64,000 nucleotides of DNA from an uncultured Rhodobacteraceae bacterium (GCA_937927675.1 CALBSG010000005.1:21727-85726); one strand, 5' to 3'. Numbered from the stretch's first letter, positions 45,025 to 55,357 are shown. Numbers and translations are program-made. The notes: generated by a model from the sequence alone, not told the origin.

Positions 45025-45798
45025 TTACACCGTGAAGGCCGTGCGGAAGGCTTCAAGGGCAGCCTCCTCATCGCCCTTGGCGAAGGCTTCCATGCCGACG
45101 GGGCCGCTGTAGCCCATGCCCTTCAAGGCGCGGGCAACGCCGGCATAGTTGATCTCGCCGGTTCCCGGTTCGCAGCGACCGGGGTTGTCCGCAACCTGCA
45201 CTTCGCCGATCCACGGCAGGCAGGCCTCGGTCCAGCGGATCAGGTCACCCTCGCCGATCTGGGTGTGGTAAAGGTCCAGATTGATGCGCAACTCGGGCCG
45301 GTTCACCGACGATACCAACGCCAACACATCGGCGGTCGCACCAAAGGGGCAGCCGGGATGGTCGATCGGGTTCAGGTTTTCCAGCGTGAATTGAACACCC
45401 TCCGACGCAGCCAGATCGCAAATCCGGTGCAGGGTATCGCGGGCGCGGGTCACCATGCCGGGGGCAAATGACCCGATCTGCGGGATCGGCACGCCCATGT
45501 CGCCCAACCCCGTGCCATGCAGATTCAGCCGCTGCACGCCCAGACGCTTGCCGACCTGAACCGTCTCACGCGCCGAGGCGAGCAGCATGTCGGCCCCTTC
45601 GGCATCGGTCAGGCGACCCTGAAGATAGCCGTTCATGATGGTAAAGGTTGCCCCGGTCTTCACCAGCGCATCCACATCCCAAGCGGGCCAGTTCCACAGG
45701 CCAACGCCAAAGCCCATTTCTTTCAGGCGCGCGGCGCGCCAATCCATTGGGCGGTCGCGCCACAGCATTTCGGCGCAGGCGGCAAGTTGAAAGCTCAT
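45025..45798 (-). CDS. Hydroxypyruvate-isomerase-like TIM-barrel protein
   Basis: 257 aa from the ATG at 45798 (MSFQLAACAEMLW). 'LNLHGTG', 'FTLENLN', 'INLDLYHTQI', 'GEVQVAD' are xylose-isomerase-fold metal motifs. Confidence 0.8.
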   Translation of the reverse strand: MSFQLAACAEMLWRDRPMDWRAARLKEMGFGVGLWNWPAWDVDALVKTGATFTIMNGYLQGRLTDAEGADMLLASARETVQVGKRLGVQRLNLHGTGLGDMGVPIPQIGSFAPGMVTRARDTLHRICDLAASEGVQFTLENLNPIDHPGCPFGATADVLALVSSVNRPELRINLDLYHTQIGEGDLIRWTEACLPWIGEVQVADNPGRCEPGTGEINYAGVARALKGMGYSGPVGMEAFAKGDEEAALEAFRTAFTV

Positions 45799-45799
45799 G

Positions 45800-46111
45800 T
45801 CAGATCTCGATGTAAACCGCACCGTCTTCCACTTTTACGGGAAAGGTGCGGAGGTTGACGCAGGCGGGCGCGCGTTTGGCCTCGCCGGTTTTGTAGCAGA
45901 AGGTGGCGTTGTGCTTGGGACATTCGACAGTGCCGTCCATCACGAGACCATCGCAGAGATGCACCTTTTCATGGCTGCAAATGCCGTCCATGGCGTGGAA
46001 GGTGTCATCCTCTGAGCGTACGATGATGAAGGTCTGGCTCCCGTGGTCAAAGCGGATCAGGTCATCCAGTTCGATGTCGTCCGGGGCGCAGGCGCGTATC
46101 CAGTTGGGCAT
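45800..46111 (-). CDS. Rieske [2Fe-2S] ferredoxin (MocE-like), copy A
   Basis: 103 aa. 'CSHEKVHLCDG...ECPKHN' = CxH...CxxH Rieske ligands. ~60% identical by eye to the 57630 copy. Confidence 0.88.
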   Translation of the reverse strand: MPNWIRACAPDDIELDDLIRFDHGSQTFIIVRSEDDTFHAMDGICSHEKVHLCDGLVMDGTVECPKHNATFCYKTGEAKRAPACVNLRTFPVKVEDGAVYIEI

Positions 46112-46125
46112 GGGTATCAGGTCCG

Positions 46126-46944
46126 TTATGCAGCAGGGGGAGGCGGGTGGCCGTTGTGGCTGGCCATGTACCCTTCGATTTCGGCTTCAAGGCTGGCCAT
46201 CGAGGCACCGCCCGCCATCAGGTCGGTGATCTCTTCGCGGGTCTTTTCGCCCTTTTTGAAATCCGCCGCGACGGCGCCGCGGATCAACACGGCAAAATGG
46301 TCGCCCACCGCCATGGCATGCATCACCTGATGGGTGATGAAGATCACAGCCAGACCCCGGCGCTTGGCCTCGTTCACGATGCGCAAAACGTGTGTCGCCT
46401 GTTTGACGCCCAAAGCGGCCGTCGGTTCATCCAAAATCAGCACCCGCGCCCCGAAATGCACCGCGCGGGCAATGGCGAGCGATTGCCGCTCCCCGCCTGA
46501 CAGCCCGCCGACCAGACGGTCGCCGTCGGTGATCCGGGTAATGCCCATGTCCTGCACGGCCTTTACCGCAATCGCATTGGCGCGTTTCCGGTCATAGACC
46601 CGGAACGGCCCCCAGCCCTTGGTCGGCTCAACGCCGACGAAAAAGCTGCGCCCGATGGACATCAGGGGAAAGGTGCCGCCGAACTGGTGAACGGTGGAGA
46701 TGCCTGCCTCGGCCGCCACGCGGGGCGTGGGGAAGCTGACGGGTTGGCCATCCATCTCGATCACGCCGCTGGAAGGCTGATGCACCCCCGACATGATCTT
46801 GATGAGGGTCGATTTCCCCGCGCCATTGTCACCCAGAAGGCAGAGCACTTCGCCGGGCTTCACCTCCAAGGTGATGTCATGCAGCACATCAATCGGACCA
46901 AAGGATTTGTTCACACCCCGCAGGGCCAGGATCGGGGCGGTCAT
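46126..46944 (-). CDS. Sugar-type ABC transporter ATPase (single ABC domain)
   Basis: Walker A 'GDNGAGKST', signature 'LSGGERQS', Walker B 'VLILDEPTAAL'. Confidence 0.9.
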   Translation of the reverse strand: MTAPILALRGVNKSFGPIDVLHDITLEVKPGEVLCLLGDNGAGKSTLIKIMSGVHQPSSGVIEMDGQPVSFPTPRVAAEAGISTVHQFGGTFPLMSIGRSFFVGVEPTKGWGPFRVYDRKRANAIAVKAVQDMGITRITDGDRLVGGLSGGERQSLAIARAVHFGARVLILDEPTAALGVKQATHVLRIVNEAKRRGLAVIFITHQVMHAMAVGDHFAVLIRGAVAADFKKGEKTREEITDLMAGGASMASLEAEIEGYMASHNGHPPPPAA

Positions 46945-47951
46945 GCTTTGGCGCCTTTCTTCTTGGTTGTGGCCGACAGCGCCATCTTGCGGAAGGTGTT
47001 GTTCATCAAAACGGCACCCAACAGCAGGACACCGATGATGAGCGAGGACCAGTTCCGATCAAAATCGGTGTAGTAGATGCCTTGGGTCACGATGGCGAAG
47101 GTGATGGTGCCAAAGAAGATGCCGACAACCGACCCAAAACCCCCTGTCAGCAAGACCCCCCCGACCACGACCGAGATGATGGCGTTGAAGATGAACGATT
47201 GCCCACCGGCAACCTGGGCCGAGTTGTAAAGGATCGCCTGCGACATGCCGACAAAAGCAGCAGAGGTGGCCGACAAGACGAACAGGATGATGGTCAGCCG
47301 GTCCGTCGGAATTCCGGCATTGCGCGCCGAAACCTTGTCGCCGCCCATGGCAAAAATCCAGTTTCCGAAGGGCGAGAAGTGGACAAAGAAGATGTAAAGC
47401 GCAGTCAGTCCCAGCCACCACAGGGCCATGACCTGCAACTGCCCCCCAAAGAGGAAATCGCCGAACATCGCCTTGGCCGGGCCTTCCACACTCAACGCGA
47501 CAGAGGTGGATTTGGTGATAAGGACCGTCAGGCCCAGCACGACACCTTGCACCGCAAACAGGCTGCCCAGCGTCACGATCAGCGAGGGAACGGCGGTTTT
47601 CACCACAAGGATGCCATTCACCAGCCCAACGATCACACCAAAGGACAGGGCCATCGCGACGCCCAGCCAGATCGGCATATCGTAATGGCCCGAGACCACA
47701 GCGACGGTCATCGCGCCAAAGGGCACCATGGCACCCACGGAAATATCAAGTTCGCCGGCAATCATCAAAAGACCCAGCGGGATAGCGATCACCCCCAAGT
47801 TCGCCGCGACATTCAGCCAGCTGGCCATGCCTGCGGGTTTCAGAAAGGTAACCCCGCCGAAGAAGGCGAAGAAGATCAGGACGGCAATCAGGCCAAGGGC
47901 GGCCCCGGCTTCGGGGCGGCGCAAGAGGCCACCTAAGGAAGTGCTGGACAT
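46941..47951 (-). CDS. Sugar-type ABC transporter permease (RbsC/FrcC-like)
   Basis: 336 aa with ~9-10 TM segments. Stop overlaps the ATPase start. Confidence 0.88.
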   Translation of the reverse strand: MSSTSLGGLLRRPEAGAALGLIAVLIFFAFFGGVTFLKPAGMASWLNVAANLGVIAIPLGLLMIAGELDISVGAMVPFGAMTVAVVSGHYDMPIWLGVAMALSFGVIVGLVNGILVVKTAVPSLIVTLGSLFAVQGVVLGLTVLITKSTSVALSVEGPAKAMFGDFLFGGQLQVMALWWLGLTALYIFFVHFSPFGNWIFAMGGDKVSARNAGIPTDRLTIILFVLSATSAAFVGMSQAILYNSAQVAGGQSFIFNAIISVVVGGVLLTGGFGSVVGIFFGTITFAIVTQGIYYTDFDRNWSSLIIGVLLLGAVLMNNTFRKMALSATTKKKGAKA

Positions 47952-47975
47952 GGGTCAGCCCCGTATCATGTGAGG

Positions 47976-48010
47976 AAAAAAGGAGGGGACCAGCGGCAAA
48001 GCCGGTCCCC
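47976..48010 (-). terminator. Intercistronic hairpin/attenuator after the SBP gene
   Basis: On the minus strand: GGGGACC-ggctttgccgct-GGTCCCC followed by TCCTTTTTTCC. Confidence 0.6.
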
Positions 48011-48018
48011 GATCAGGT

Positions 48019-48990
48019 TTAGCGCGCGCCGAGCTTTACGCCCGCAAGCGTGGCGTCGATGTTGGACGCATCTACGATCCCCGGGCCCGTCAGGACCGGG
48101 AAGACCGGCAAGTCGGTGCCAAAGTCGATGCTCGAGGCCAGAAGGCTGACGGCAAGATAGGATTGCAGATAGGGCTGCTGGTCGATGGCAAAGGCTTGGG
48201 TGCCCGCCTTGATCCGATCAAGCCCAGCCTGGTTCATGTCGAACGACCCCAGTTTCGTCGCCCCGGTCTTGCCAGCCTGCTCGACGGCAATCGCGGCGCT
48301 GTCGGCGTCGCCTGCCGAGATGGTGATGACACCGTCAATGGTCTCATCTTTCAGCAGTTCCGCCTTGATCGCTTCGGCCACGGCCGTCGCATCGCCGAAA
48401 GAGGTCGACGGCAGCGGCAGTTGCGCGCCCTTGCCACCCTTGCCGGTGACGCCATCGATCACGCCTTTGCAGCGCGCTTCGATGTTGGCGGTGCCGGGCA
48501 GGGTGTTGATGCACAACACGTTCTTTTGGCCAGCGCCGGCGAAATATTCGCCGCCCGCAACACCGGCGACATATTCATCCGAGCCGACATAGTTGATGGC
48601 GCCCAGTTCAGTGGCTTTGTCCGCGCCGCCTGCGTTCATCAAGATCACCTTGATGCCGGCCGCCATCGCGTCTTTGATCGCCGGATCTTCCGCCTCGGGC
48701 ACCCAGTTCGGGATCACCAGACCGTCAACTTCCATGGAAATGGCGGTGCGGATCAGCTGCACAACGTCGGGCGCGAAGTTGTCGTAGTTTACCAGACGCA
48801 GATAAGTCACAGTGCCGCCATTGGCCTCGACCGCCGGGGTGGCATCGTCGATGCCCTTCTTGATGATGTTCCAAAAGGCGTCATCGTTCGACCCGCCGAC
48901 CACCGCGATATCTGCCGCCATTGCGGCCGAACCTGCGGCGACCAGTGCTGTCGTTGCCAGTGCTTTGGCCATGGATTTCAGAAATGCCAT
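48019..48990 (-). CDS. Periplasmic sugar/polyol-binding protein (RbsB/MocB-like), module A
   Basis: ATG at 48990 after GGGAGGA. Signal 'ALVAAGSAAMA/ADI'. Periplasmic binding protein type I pattern. Confidence 0.85.
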   Translation of the reverse strand: MAFLKSMAKALATTALVAAGSAAMAADIAVVGGSNDDAFWNIIKKGIDDATPAVEANGGTVTYLRLVNYDNFAPDVVQLIRTAISMEVDGLVIPNWVPEAEDPAIKDAMAAGIKVILMNAGGADKATELGAINYVGSDEYVAGVAGGEYFAGAGQKNVLCINTLPGTANIEARCKGVIDGVTGKGGKGAQLPLPSTSFGDATAVAEAIKAELLKDETIDGVITISAGDADSAAIAVEQAGKTGATKLGSFDMNQAGLDRIKAGTQAFAIDQQPYLQSYLAVSLLASSIDFGTDLPVFPVLTGPGIVDASNIDATLAGVKLGAR

Positions 48991-49091
48991 TCGTCGTTTC
49001 CTCCCTTGGTCCGCCTCTCCCGGCGGGTTGTTGAACTTTGGTCTTCCCCTCCGCCCGGCCTCCTCTGCCGTGCGAAGGGCGATCGTTTGCG

Positions 49092-50105
49092 TCAAGCGCT
49101 GGATTTTGCGTTCATCCGGGCTTTCTTCTTTTCAAAACGCGCATTCATCCGCGCGTCGCCTTCTTTCGAGCCATCGTGCCAGTAGCCGAACCACTTATCC
49201 AAAGGGATCAACCCGTCGCCGCCGTAGTTCACCTCGAAGTATTTGTGATGCAGGTAGTGGGCGTAGGCATGGCTATCGAGCGTGCGGTCCTCGGTCAGTT
49301 CCAGCTTGTCAAAACCGATGTGCCCATTCACCGCGCCAAATCCTGCAAGGTGCAGCTGGAACATCGCCACAATCGGGTTTGACGGGATCACAAGGTGCCA
49401 AAGCGCTACGGCGTGATAGAGGAACCCTTCCACCGGATGCATCGAAAGCGACGACCACGGCGATGGGTTGACCGAGTTGTGGTGGACCGAATGGATCCAC
49501 TTATAGAGGATCGGCACATGGATCAGCCGGTGGATCAGGAAGAAATGCACCTCATGGATGGCCGGGCAAAGCAGCGTCAGCACAACCAGCCACAGCCAAT
49601 TGTCCGACCATGAAAGCCACGGCACATAACCCGAGGCAAAAGCATGCAGAAAGATCACCTGCACCAGCGTCCACAGCGGGATCGAGATGAAGAAAGATCG
49701 CAGGAAGTTGTCGATGTTCTGGCTTTTGAACCAGAACACGTCAGATGGCTGCTCGGCCGGGAATTTCCCGTTGTATTTGAACCGCGAGCCCTGCTTTTTC
49801 TTCACATACCAGAACAGTTCAATTGCGCCGTAAAAGACAAAGATCGCTGCGGCATTGACTGCGTATAGCCACAGCGCCCAGCCCCAGCTCAGGGTTTTCA
49901 GAACCTCGACATCGGGAACCACATAGGCCCACCACAGAAGCGCTGTTGCCATGTGAAAGGCGTTCCACGGCCAGAGATATTCCGGAATCCATGCCAGAAC
50001 CTTGGGCAGGCTCAACGGTTTTTGCCAAAACGGCGGCAGGGACAGATGGGCAAACGGGGCCCAGTCACCGCGCTTGTTGCGGGTTCCGAACTTGAGATCA
50101 TCCAT
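49092..50105 (-). CDS. Fatty-acid-hydroxylase/sterol-desaturase superfamily membrane di-iron oxygenase
   Basis: ATG at 50105 after AGGAGG. His boxes 'HEVHFFLIHRLIH', 'HSVHH', 'HYLHHKY'. Several TM segments. Confidence 0.85.
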   Translation of the reverse strand: MDDLKFGTRNKRGDWAPFAHLSLPPFWQKPLSLPKVLAWIPEYLWPWNAFHMATALLWWAYVVPDVEVLKTLSWGWALWLYAVNAAAIFVFYGAIELFWYVKKKQGSRFKYNGKFPAEQPSDVFWFKSQNIDNFLRSFFISIPLWTLVQVIFLHAFASGYVPWLSWSDNWLWLVVLTLLCPAIHEVHFFLIHRLIHVPILYKWIHSVHHNSVNPSPWSSLSMHPVEGFLYHAVALWHLVIPSNPIVAMFQLHLAGFGAVNGHIGFDKLELTEDRTLDSHAYAHYLHHKYFEVNYGGDGLIPLDKWFGYWHDGSKEGDARMNARFEKKKARMNAKSSA

Positions 50106-50377
50106 CTGCGCCTCCTGTGTTTCACCGTCCACGGGGCAGAAAGACACCGGCACCTACGGGCCACACCCGCAGATACCGCCCCCCCCCGCGCGGGAGCCGC
50201 CTTTTGCCTGTTGGACGTCTGTTGCTGTGGGCAGGAGGTCAAACTCCGATCCTGCCGCGATGTCTGCAGATAAGCGCCTTGACGCAGATCAAATCAAGCG
50301 CCCATGATAGCGTAAACATGAATTCGTCTCATTCGTATCAGTATTGGTTCTGAATGATATGAAAAGGATCAAATCGC

Positions 50378-51400
50378 ATGCACCGCCCCACCATCCCCGA
50401 CCTTGCCAAAACCGCAGGCGTCTCGGTCGCCACTGTAAACCGCGTCCTGTCCGGGGCGGCCAATGTCCGGCTGGCAACGCGAGAGCGGGTTCAAAAGGCG
50501 GCCGAGGAAATCGGTTTTTACGGCGTGGGCAGCATCCAAGCCCGCGTTGCGGCGGCCCGTCCGCGCCTACGCTTTGGGGTCTTGTTGCTGCAACCCCATC
50601 GCCCCTTTTATCAAAACGTCGCGCAGGCGTTGGAAGACGCCGCCGCCAATGCCGTGGGGGCTGACATTGATCTGCGCGTTGAATTTCTTGAAGATCTCTC
50701 GCCCCAGAATGTGGCCAACCGTGCCCTTGATCTGGCGGAAACCTGCAATGCCATCTGCGTGACCTCTGCCGTGCACCCGGTCGTCACCGAAGCACTGGAG
50801 CAAATTCAGGCACGGGGGATTCCGGTGTTCGCCCTGATCTCGCAGATTTCGGTGACGGGGCAGATGTCTTACGTCGGCCTCGACAACTGGAAAGTCGGCC
50901 GCACCTCCGGCTGGGCCTTTGCACACATCTGCAAGAAACCGGGCAAGATCGGCATCCTGATGGGCAACCCGCGCTATCGGAATCAGGAAATGAACGAGAC
51001 AGGCTTTCGGTCATTCTTCCGCGAATGCGCGCCGGATTTCACCCTGCTGGAACCGATCACCACCTTCGAATCAGCCGCCGTTGCGCAGGAGTTGACGGAA
51101 AAGCTGCTGGCCGAGCACCCCGACCTTGCCGGACTTTACATCTCGGGCGGTGGCATCAGCGGGGCGCTTGCCGCACTGCGCGCCACAGGAAGGGCCGGGT
51201 CGCTGGTGGTGGTCGGCTATGATTTGACCGACGTCACCCGTGCCGCCCTGCTGGACGGCACGATGACGCTGCTGCTGTCGCACCCGCTGGCACGGCTTGC
51301 CCGCGACGCGATTGATGGAATGATTCGCGCCTGCGGTAACCCGAGCAGCAATCAAACCAGCATCGCCCCGTTTGAAATCTACACCCGCGAAAACATCTGA
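50378..51400 (+). CDS. LacI family transcriptional regulator (module A)
   Basis: N-terminal HTH 'TIPDLAKTAGVSVATVNRVLSG' plus a periplasmic-binding-fold effector domain. Confidence 0.9.
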   Translation: MHRPTIPDLAKTAGVSVATVNRVLSGAANVRLATRERVQKAAEEIGFYGVGSIQARVAAARPRLRFGVLLLQPHRPFYQNVAQALEDAAANAVGADIDLRVEFLEDLSPQNVANRALDLAETCNAICVTSAVHPVVTEALEQIQARGIPVFALISQISVTGQMSYVGLDNWKVGRTSGWAFAHICKKPGKIGILMGNPRYRNQEMNETGFRSFFRECAPDFTLLEPITTFESAAVAQELTEKLLAEHPDLAGLYISGGGISGALAALRATGRAGSLVVVGYDLTDVTRAALLDGTMTLLLSHPLARLARDAIDGMIRACGNPSSNQTSIAPFEIYTRENI

Positions 51401-51413
51401 CGCGCCGCCTATT

Positions 51414-52178
51414 TCACGCGGCCGCCTCAGCATTTCCTTTGACGCCGGTGATATAGCTGACGATGTCATTTCCGTCGGTTTCGTCCTTGCGCAAGGAGGC
51501 GACGATGCGGCCGCGGCGGAAGACGACGATGCGGTCCACGAGGTCGAAGACCTGCCGCAGGTTATGGCTGATGAGGATCATCGGGATGCCGCGGTCTTTC
51601 AGGCCGCGGATGATGTTTTCCACCTGCGCGGTTTCCTGCACGCCCAAGGCCGCCGTCGGTTCGTCCATGATGACCAGTTTCGAGGCAAAGGCCGCCGTCC
51701 GCGCGATGGACACGCATTGCCGTTGGCCTCCGCTCATGTTGCGGATCGGGTTGTCGACGTTGGGGATCTTCACCGCCGTGGTCTTCAACGCCTCCAGCGT
51801 GCGGTCGCGCATCGCCTTGCGGTCCAGCCAGGAAAACGGACCAAGGCGGAACTTGAAGAGCTCGCGGCCCAAAAACAGGTTCGACGGCACATCCAGATCA
51901 TCGGCCAAGGCCAGCGTCTGGAACACCGTCTCGATGCCCGCCTCGCGCGCCTCGAGCGGCCCTGCGAAGTTGACCGGCTGGCCGTCGAAAAACACCTCCC
52001 CGGCCGAGCGCTGCTCCACTGCCGTCACCTGCCGCACAAAGGTCGATTTGCCCGCGCCATTGTCGCCCACAACGGCCACATGCTCGCCCTCATGCAGGAT
52101 GAAATTGGCATCCTCCAGCGCATGCACCCCGCCATAGCGTTTGGTCAGCCCGCGCGTTTCCAGAATGATCTTGCTCAT
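51414..52178 (-). CDS. Sugar-type ABC transporter ATPase (single ABC domain), module B
   Basis: Walker A 'GDNGAGKST', signature 'MSGGQRQ', Walker B 'LVIMDEPTAAL'. Start at 52178 (MSKIILE). Confidence 0.9.
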   Translation of the reverse strand: MSKIILETRGLTKRYGGVHALEDANFILHEGEHVAVVGDNGAGKSTFVRQVTAVEQRSAGEVFFDGQPVNFAGPLEAREAGIETVFQTLALADDLDVPSNLFLGRELFKFRLGPFSWLDRKAMRDRTLEALKTTAVKIPNVDNPIRNMSGGQRQCVSIARTAAFASKLVIMDEPTAALGVQETAQVENIIRGLKDRGIPMILISHNLRQVFDLVDRIVVFRRGRIVASLRKDETDGNDIVSYITGVKGNAEAAA

Positions 52179-52183
52179 GGCCG

Positions 52184-53296
52184 TTACCCCCGCGCCCGCT
52201 TGCCTTGCCGCCACTGGTCCAAGACGACCGCGCCGACGATGATCACGCCCTTCACCATCTCTTGGTAATAGGCGTCGAGTTGGATCGAGGTGAACCCCGA
52301 GATGATGACCGAAAAAATCATCGCCCCGAGAACCGTGCCAAGGATCGAGCCACGCCCGCCGGTCAGCGACACCCCGCCGATCACCGCCATGGCGATGGCG
52401 TCGAGTTCATACATCATCCCCATACCTGCCTGCGCGGTCAGGTTTTTGGAGGTGAGCAGCACCGCCGATACCCCGGCCAAGAGGCCCGCGATGCTATAGA
52501 CCAGCACCTTGTGACGGTCGGTGTTGATCCCCGACATCCGCGCCGCCGCCTCGTTCGAGCCGATGGCATAGGTGCGCTTGCCGTACAGCGTGAAGCTCAT
52601 CAGCACCCAAAAGAGCAGCGCCAACAGGATGAACACCACCGCCGGGTTCTGGCCCTTCCAGCTGAGCAGGCCAAAGCTCAGGCTGCCCAGCACATCGCCA
52701 TTCGACAGCGCGCCATAGCTTTCTGTCGGGAAGCTGACCGGCTGGCCATTCGACCACCAGCGCGAGGCGCCGCGCGCCGCCACCATCATGCCCAGCGTGG
52801 CAATGAAGGGCGGGATGCGGGTGTAGGCGATCAGCAATCCATTGATAAGGCCAGCAAACGCCCCGCAGGCAAGGCCGATGACGATCGGCACCAGCACCGG
52901 CAGATCCATCGCCCAGGCCCCAAAGATCGCCTTGGGGTTGGGGTTGCCATTCACCAGCGCAGTTTGTGCAAAGCTCATCGCCACCATCGCCGTGACGCCC
53001 ACAACCGAGCCAGACGACAGATCAATCCCACCGATGATGATGACCTGCGTCACCCCCAGCGCGATAATGCCCACGATGGCGACCTGCAGCATCATGATGT
53101 CCAGCCGCTGCATGTTGAACAGGCTGTCCACCCCGTCGCGCATGTTGAACAAAAACGACCCGCCCTGCAGACGGTTCAACCCCTCAAAGACCACAACCAT
53201 GATCACCAGCGCCAAAAACACATTCCACTCCGGCGCCCGCGCGCGACGCGCAGGATCATACTTCAGACCTCCAAGGCCATGTGCTTCTTGTGACAT
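52184..53296 (-). CDS. Sugar-type ABC transporter permease, module B
   Basis: 370 aa from the ATG at 53296; multiple TM segments. Confidence 0.88.
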   Translation of the reverse strand: MSQEAHGLGGLKYDPARRARAPEWNVFLALVIMVVVFEGLNRLQGGSFLFNMRDGVDSLFNMQRLDIMMLQVAIVGIIALGVTQVIIIGGIDLSSGSVVGVTAMVAMSFAQTALVNGNPNPKAIFGAWAMDLPVLVPIVIGLACGAFAGLINGLLIAYTRIPPFIATLGMMVAARGASRWWSNGQPVSFPTESYGALSNGDVLGSLSFGLLSWKGQNPAVVFILLALLFWVLMSFTLYGKRTYAIGSNEAAARMSGINTDRHKVLVYSIAGLLAGVSAVLLTSKNLTAQAGMGMMYELDAIAMAVIGGVSLTGGRGSILGTVLGAMIFSVIISGFTSIQLDAYYQEMVKGVIIVGAVVLDQWRQGKRARG

Positions 53297-53321
53297 CCGC
53301 TTGCCTTCACCCAAATCGACC

Positions 53322-53350
53322 AAAAGGCCCGGCCATGGGAGAGGCCGGGC
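53322..53350 (-). terminator. Intercistronic hairpin/attenuator after the SBP gene
   Basis: On the minus strand: GCCCGGCC-tctcccat-GGCCGGGC followed by TTTTGG. Confidence 0.6.
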
Positions 53351-53389
53351 AAGGGGGCGGCAGCACCGCCCGGATGACTGATCTTCAGA

Positions 53390-54331
53390 TCAGTTCTTGG
53401 CCAGATAGTCTGCGACGTTGGCCGGGGTGACAAGTTCGAACGGCACATAGACCTTTTGATCCACCGCCTCGCCTGCAGCGAGTTTGGTCGCCGCATCCAG
53501 CGCGCCCGACCCTTGCGCGGCCGCGTTCTGGAACACCGTCACATCCAGATCGCCTGCCTGCATGGCGGCAAGCGCGTCTTGCGTCGCATCCACACCGCCG
53601 ACCTGAACGGTGGCCATGTCGATGTTCGCAGCCTTCATCGCCTGAATGGCACCGATCGCCATTTCGTCGTTATTGGCAATCACACCGTCAAAGGCTTTGC
53701 CGGTCGACAGCCAGTTGGTCATCAAGGTCTGAGCCTGATCGCGGCTCCAGTTGGCGGTCTGTTGGTCGATCACGTTGACTTTGACCTTGCACTTGCCGGC
53801 CTCGATCACGTCATAGATGTCTTGGGTCCGCTGCACAGCGGCTTGGTTGGAAAGCTCGCCCTGCATGACAAAGACGTTGACGTCGGTCTTGCCCTCAGCC
53901 GCCCAGTTGTCGCACATCTGAATGGTTTCCAGCGTGCCAGATTCCACTTCATTCGAAGCAACGAAGGCCTGATTGTCGGGCAGCGTATCAACATTCACCG
54001 GCTGGCGGTTGACATAGACCAGCGGGATATTGGCAGCAGCCGCGGCATCCGACATGGCTTGGGTCGCGCTGGTGTCAACCGGGTTGACGATGATCGCCGT
54101 AACACCCGAGGCGATGAAATTGTTGATCTGATCCAATTGCTTGGCCACATCGTTCTGTGCGTCTTCAATCTGCACTTTCAACCCGCCGGCATCGGCCTGA
54201 GCCTGAATGCCGTTGCGCAGAACCGTCAGGAAGTTGTCGTCAAACAGCGCCATCGACACGCCAATGCCGTCGGCCATCGCGGTGGTGGTCATCAGTGCGG
54301 AAAAGCCCGCAACCAGAAGTGCCTTTTTCAT
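53390..54331 (-). CDS. Periplasmic sugar/polyol-binding protein, module B
   Basis: ATG at 54331 after GGGAGAG. Signal 'LMTTTAMA/DGI'. RbsB-like fold pattern. Confidence 0.85.
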   Translation of the reverse strand: MKKALLVAGFSALMTTTAMADGIGVSMALFDDNFLTVLRNGIQAQADAGGLKVQIEDAQNDVAKQLDQINNFIASGVTAIIVNPVDTSATQAMSDAAAAANIPLVYVNRQPVNVDTLPDNQAFVASNEVESGTLETIQMCDNWAAEGKTDVNVFVMQGELSNQAAVQRTQDIYDVIEAGKCKVKVNVIDQQTANWSRDQAQTLMTNWLSTGKAFDGVIANNDEMAIGAIQAMKAANIDMATVQVGGVDATQDALAAMQAGDLDVTVFQNAAAQGSGALDAATKLAAGEAVDQKVYVPFELVTPANVADYLAKN

Positions 54332-54410
54332 GTCTCTCTCCCTTGTTGGATGCCGGCTCATCCGTTCTGTTGGCCGGGGGCTCTCTCCCAGAGCCCGCAT
54401 CACACACAGA

Positions 54411-55229
54411 TCAGGCGGCCTTGCGGGCCAACCCGTCGCGGATGAATTGCATAGAGGCGGCAAGCTGCGCCTTGGGGTCGGCAAAGCCGTGAACCTGCGG
54501 CGCAAACGCCTCGAAGCTGACGGGGCCGTTCCAGCCAAGCCCTTGAAGATCGGCAATCTGCGCGATGTTGCCCAGCCGGTCGCCTTCGGTCACCAGAACA
54601 CGGTGGGCGTCCTGCATCTCGGCAACACTGACGCCGGGATCGGTGACACCCGAGATGTGAACGATGCCGGTATGGTCGGGGAAATACGGCCCCCCATGCG
54701 CCAGCGTGTGGTGGAACGTGTCATGCACCAGCTTAAAGCGCCCCTTGGCGCCCAGCGCCTCGATGGCCTCGACCGCTTCGGCTTTGTAGCGCAACGCACA
54801 GATTTCAAAGCCCAAAGGTTCGACCATGCCGATCAGACCGTGATCTTCCAGCATCGGGCTCAGGGCCTTCAGGGCCACCCGCAGGGCCGCCTGTCGTTCG
54901 CCATTGCCCATGCCAAGATTGTCATTGCGGGGGATCAGACTGACGGCCTCGGCACCGGCGGCTTTGGCGATCTTCATCAGCGCCAGCGCCTCGGCGGCCT
55001 TATCATCGGACCAGTCGTTGAAGCGCTTTACCTCGGCCACGGCCAACAGACGCAAGCCTTTGGCGCGGATCATCTCGCCTGCCGTGACCGGGTCCAACCC
55101 GTCAAACAGCGGTTGCGGCAGGTCGTTACGGACCTCGATCCCGACGCAGCCCAGATCCGCTGCAAGAGCGACAAGCTCGGCAAAGCCAAGCCGCGCCACC
55201 GTCATGTGGTTGAGTGCAAACTGGACCAT
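54411..55229 (-). CDS. IolI-like TIM-barrel inosose isomerase / sugar phosphate isomerase-epimerase
   Basis: 272 aa from the ATG at 55229 after GGGAGG. 'GIEVRND', 'MVEPLGF', 'LVHDTFHH', 'VSFEAF' metal-site pattern. Confidence 0.75.
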   Translation of the reverse strand: MVQFALNHMTVARLGFAELVALAADLGCVGIEVRNDLPQPLFDGLDPVTAGEMIRAKGLRLLAVAEVKRFNDWSDDKAAEALALMKIAKAAGAEAVSLIPRNDNLGMGNGERQAALRVALKALSPMLEDHGLIGMVEPLGFEICALRYKAEAVEAIEALGAKGRFKLVHDTFHHTLAHGGPYFPDHTGIVHISGVTDPGVSVAEMQDAHRVLVTEGDRLGNIAQIADLQGLGWNGPVSFEAFAPQVHGFADPKAQLAASMQFIRDGLARKAA

Positions 55230-55357
55230 GTGAAACCTCCCGAGCCGTGTTGCCATTGCGGTCGGACCCTGCGGCGGCGGGGTGATTCCGTCAATTGCAG
55301 GGCGCGGCTTTTCGTCACAGATGACGAAATAGCGCAGGAAGTTTTGATGGCTTTACG

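Noticed and set aside
50154-50377. Search for LacI-type operators (TGnnAnCGnTnnCA-like palindromes) between the module A oxygenase gene and its LacI gene, and likewise at 56396-56534.
   Set aside because: Only 6-bp arm repeats with atypical spacing were found, for example CATTC-N17-GAATG near 50328-50360. Nothing matches a CG-centred 14-bp LacI-family operator well enough to report.
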